Positions 60,866 to 64,000 of a DNA stretch of 64,000 nucleotides are shown here, piece after piece. Below the pieces are notes generated by a model. The model made no database searches and was not told where the DNA came from. It saw nothing but the letters and a program-made list of their open reading frames with translations. The DNA is from Eledone cirrhosa (Eukaryota). The stretch spans positions 209,932,001 through 209,996,000 of the forward strand of contig OZ024742.1 in the NCBI GenBank assembly GCA_964016885.1, written 5' to 3'. A program made the position numbers and the translations under genes. The number at the start of each line of letters is the position of its first letter. Positions within the stretch are counted from its first letter, which is position 1.

Positions 60866-62066
60866 TTAAGATTATGAAATATGTAATTCGATGAACCGAT
60901 AAATCTAGTCGCCAAACAGCTCAACCATCAATGACCTTTACTACTGCATTCATATTACAAAGCCTACAATTTGTCTAAAATTTATTTTTCTACTCTCTTC
61001 AAATATTCATTCAATTGAAACGATTGAAATTTCCGTGACTAATGCATGAGGACCTCGTGGAACATGAAATTTTGTTTTGCTGCTTATTCGCTCCATTACC
61101 ACGGAAAATAGAATTCTTCTGTATGGGAATCTATAATTCGGTGAAATTTCACACAATGTAGTAGAATTAATTGATTATTCAACATTGAATAGAATAGAAG
61201 AGTGAACTTTGTAACCTCTCTCTATTATTTTCTATTTTTATCACTCTCCTCTTTCATTTGTTTAATTCCTATCTCTTTCGTTTTCCATCAATCTAATAAG
61301 CATCTCATTCTCTCTAGTTGATATTTGGCAACAGTTCAACCTTTCACAAATTATGATAAAAATCATTCCAACTATGCGATATATGGGAAACTCGGCTTCT
61401 ATTTTTAGCAAGTTGACTGGTCATGTATAAGCTTTTTATGCTTCTTATTCCTAATCATCATTTTCCATTTTCCATTTTTCATTCTCTCTCCTATTTTACA
61501 CACTCACGTTACCTCTATTTTCCTCCTTTCACCACATCATTTTTTTCAGGCTTACAAATACAATCGGGGAAAACTATTTGCATTAAAGATATTTTTCCTT
61601 ATTCAGAAATCATAAACTACAGAAAAAAGGATAAAGAAAAAAATATAACAAAAAGCAAGGAAATGCTACACCCTCGATTGAATAGAATAACACAACTGAG
61701 CCTTGCGAACTAGATGTCGAAAGACAGTCGTGAAGAACAACCAACAATATCCTTTGCATCAGCCATTTTACTTCACTGCTCTTATCCTGATTTTGTGGAA
61801 GTTAATGTCACTTTTGACACCGAGGACACCCGACATATCAACCATGACCGACGCAAATTGAAATCTGTCCATTAATAGCTGGTATTTAGTTATCTACCGT
61901 TCCTCTGCGTTTCATGTGGCAGCGCTGAAGTTTATAGCCGAAGTGATAAAATTAGCACTTTCGTTAGATCATACGGTAAACACACAAACACGAACACACA
62001 CACGCACACACACATACACACACACACACACACATATACGCACACAGACACATACACACACATATA

Positions 62067-62936
62067 CAGGGTGCGGACGATATCTGTTCGCAAGATTCCT
62101 GCCTAGAAAAAAAAAGTAGTTTTATTTTTTAAGATTTATTTATCAAACTTGGGTCAGTTTGTTTTCATGACATGTTTTTTCGATCTCACTCAATAAACCC
62201 GCCATTGGCTTTCATGACGGCCTCAAGGCGGCCTCGGAACCGGCTACACGACTTCGTCACTGTCCCCTGACTTAGGCCCCTAAAGGCACTTGTGATCCTC
62301 TTTCATATTGCAGTAAGATCTGTTGGTGTCTCGTTCCACTGCGCCCCACACAAAGAAGTTGAGGGGGTTGCAGTCAGGCGAGCTGGGAGGCCAGATGTCA
62401 GGTGAAGTGTGGTCGACGAAGTTCTCTGACTGCCAGGCTTGGGTCTTTCGGCTGGTATGGCATGGCGCTGAGTCTTGCTGCCACACGTACGGCCTACCTG
62501 CAGCTACCTGGTCGATCCAGGGCTTTACTACCTCGCTTAGAACTCGGATGTAGCCATCGGTGTTCAGCTTGAGGCCCTCAGGGAAGAAGTGAGGTGGCAT
62601 AACGTCACCTTGACTGCTGACGACACCTAAGACCAATGTTGTCGCTGGAAACTTTGTCTGCATGACTCTGGGCACGTCTTTGGATGAGACAGCGAGCCAC
62701 CTGTTGTTCTGGGAGTTGATCTTCTGGTCTTATTTGTCCTCCCGGCGCGGATTCCAAGAAGAACTCTGTGTCTCTTCCACAAATTTGGAGGTTCAAAATT
62801 ATTCATAATCAATTATTCTGAAAATAAATAATGGAAATATAGTCACTCTTTCTATGAAGACAAGAGTGACAACGGAAGTAAAAAAAATTTGCATAAAATT
62901 AGCAGTTGAAAATTGCGAACATATATCGTCCGCACC

Positions 62937-62939
<3 letters not shown>
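62067..62939 (-). mobile_element. internally deleted Tc1/mariner-superfamily transposon with DD37D (maT-type) spacing
   Basis: TIRs CAGGGTGCGGACGATAT(C/A)TGTTCGCAA and TA TSDs. The transposase remnant reads WQQDSAPCH...WPPSSPDCNPLNFFVWG, with 37 residues between the second and third catalytic positions (third is N here). Confidence 0.9.
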
Positions 62940-62981
<42 letters not shown>

Positions 62982-63264
62982 CCAAAAATGGTCGACAAAA
63001 CACGCACACACGAGCTTTTCTTCTGAAATATGTTTTCCATATTTTCCTCCTCTTCATACTCTCGTCTATCTATTTCTTCTTTTATATCTCGTTCTATCTT
63101 CTGATGAAAGAATAGCATCTGAAACGCTAGCATTCGTCTACTATATCAAGTATTAAACTAGTATATATCTTCATTCTACTGTATCGTTCTCCTGTGATTT
63201 TTTTTCTTTTTCTCTCTCCCACTCACTTATTCTCTTTCACTCTTACCATCTATCTCCTTTCTCC

Positions 63265-63304
<40 letters not shown>

Positions 63305-63769
63305 CTCTCTCTGTTCCCTTACCACTTCCACCTCCCCCTCCTACTTCCGTTTTCCTTCGTCTCTCCCTCTTTGCGCCTGTTCTTGCTATGACAGACATTT
63401 TTCTCTTCGCTCTCCCTCACGCTGTTAATACGGATTCAAGACTTACGTTCGGTCTCCTTTTTAACTTCTCCCTCTCTCCGTCTGGTTACTGAAACTTACA
63501 CGTACTACTGTTTCGTGTTTCCCCCTCTCTATCTGTATGTTTTTCTTTCGTTTATTTTCTTTTTCTGTTGTTCTCTTCGCTATCGTCTCTGTTTTTTTGT
63601 TTGTTTTTTTTCTTCTTCCCTGATAACTGTCCCTCTTACTGTGGTGAGATGTACTCTCTTTAATGCGTCGAAACATCAACAACTCACAACAAAAAGCCGA
63701 AGAGCGGGAATTGTCCTTATGTTTGTGTTTCTCTTATGTTTTCTAAATAATATTTATTGGTAACCACAC

Positions 63770-63773
<4 letters not shown>

Positions 63774-63839
<66 letters not shown>
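63774..63839. repeat. (TA)n microsatellite
   Basis: Direct inspection. Confidence 0.95.
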
Positions 63840-63840
<1 letters not shown>

Positions 63841-64000
63841 CTTTGATAACCTTGAAAGGAATTGGCCCAGGCCATATCTAACTTAATAGCACTACCTGGC
63901 GAAGTCTTTCAAATCAGGATTTGGATACCATGGCCCACTCAAGTAGTGAGTTATTATTTACCGGTGTAGGAGGTTTATCCGGAGTTTCTTTGAGGAATAT

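Noticed and set aside
63095-63140. CTGATGA...GAAAC hammerhead-like motif
   Set aside because: Stem II is out of register and no convincing stem I or III can be formed; at best a decayed remnant.

Overview
Repeat-dense, AT- and microsatellite-rich animal DNA. The SINE/LINE content suggests a mollusc, probably an octopus (inference). No host gene exon could be supported; almost all the information is in retroelements. The window holds: (1) a ~26 kb array (26.8-53.1 kb) of eight L1/Tx1-clade LINE copies or segments, all on the minus strand and all within one ancestral (GATA)n microsatellite, one with an intact 1145-aa ORF2; (2) a divergent Tx1-like group associated with (ATT)n; (3) an RTE element with two bipartite derivatives, and R4/Dong elements, associated with (CATA)n/(ATGT)n; (4) small (TA)n-associated inverted-repeat elements with minimal type-I hammerhead motifs, resembling Penelope pLTRs; (5) tRNA-derived SINEs, a CRE-like fragment and an internally deleted DD37D (maT) transposon. 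The most unusual signal is in the Tx1 elements. A consensus 5' splice site lies on or beside the ORF1 stop codon in all five ORF1/ORF2 junctions, and ORF2 ends in pyrimidine-tract-CTGTAG|G in most copies, so ORF2 looks like a precisely bounded intron. These elements also carry a covarying two-hairpin 3' UTR. All structure and splicing calls were made by eye and are untested; element boundaries are approximate to a few nt.
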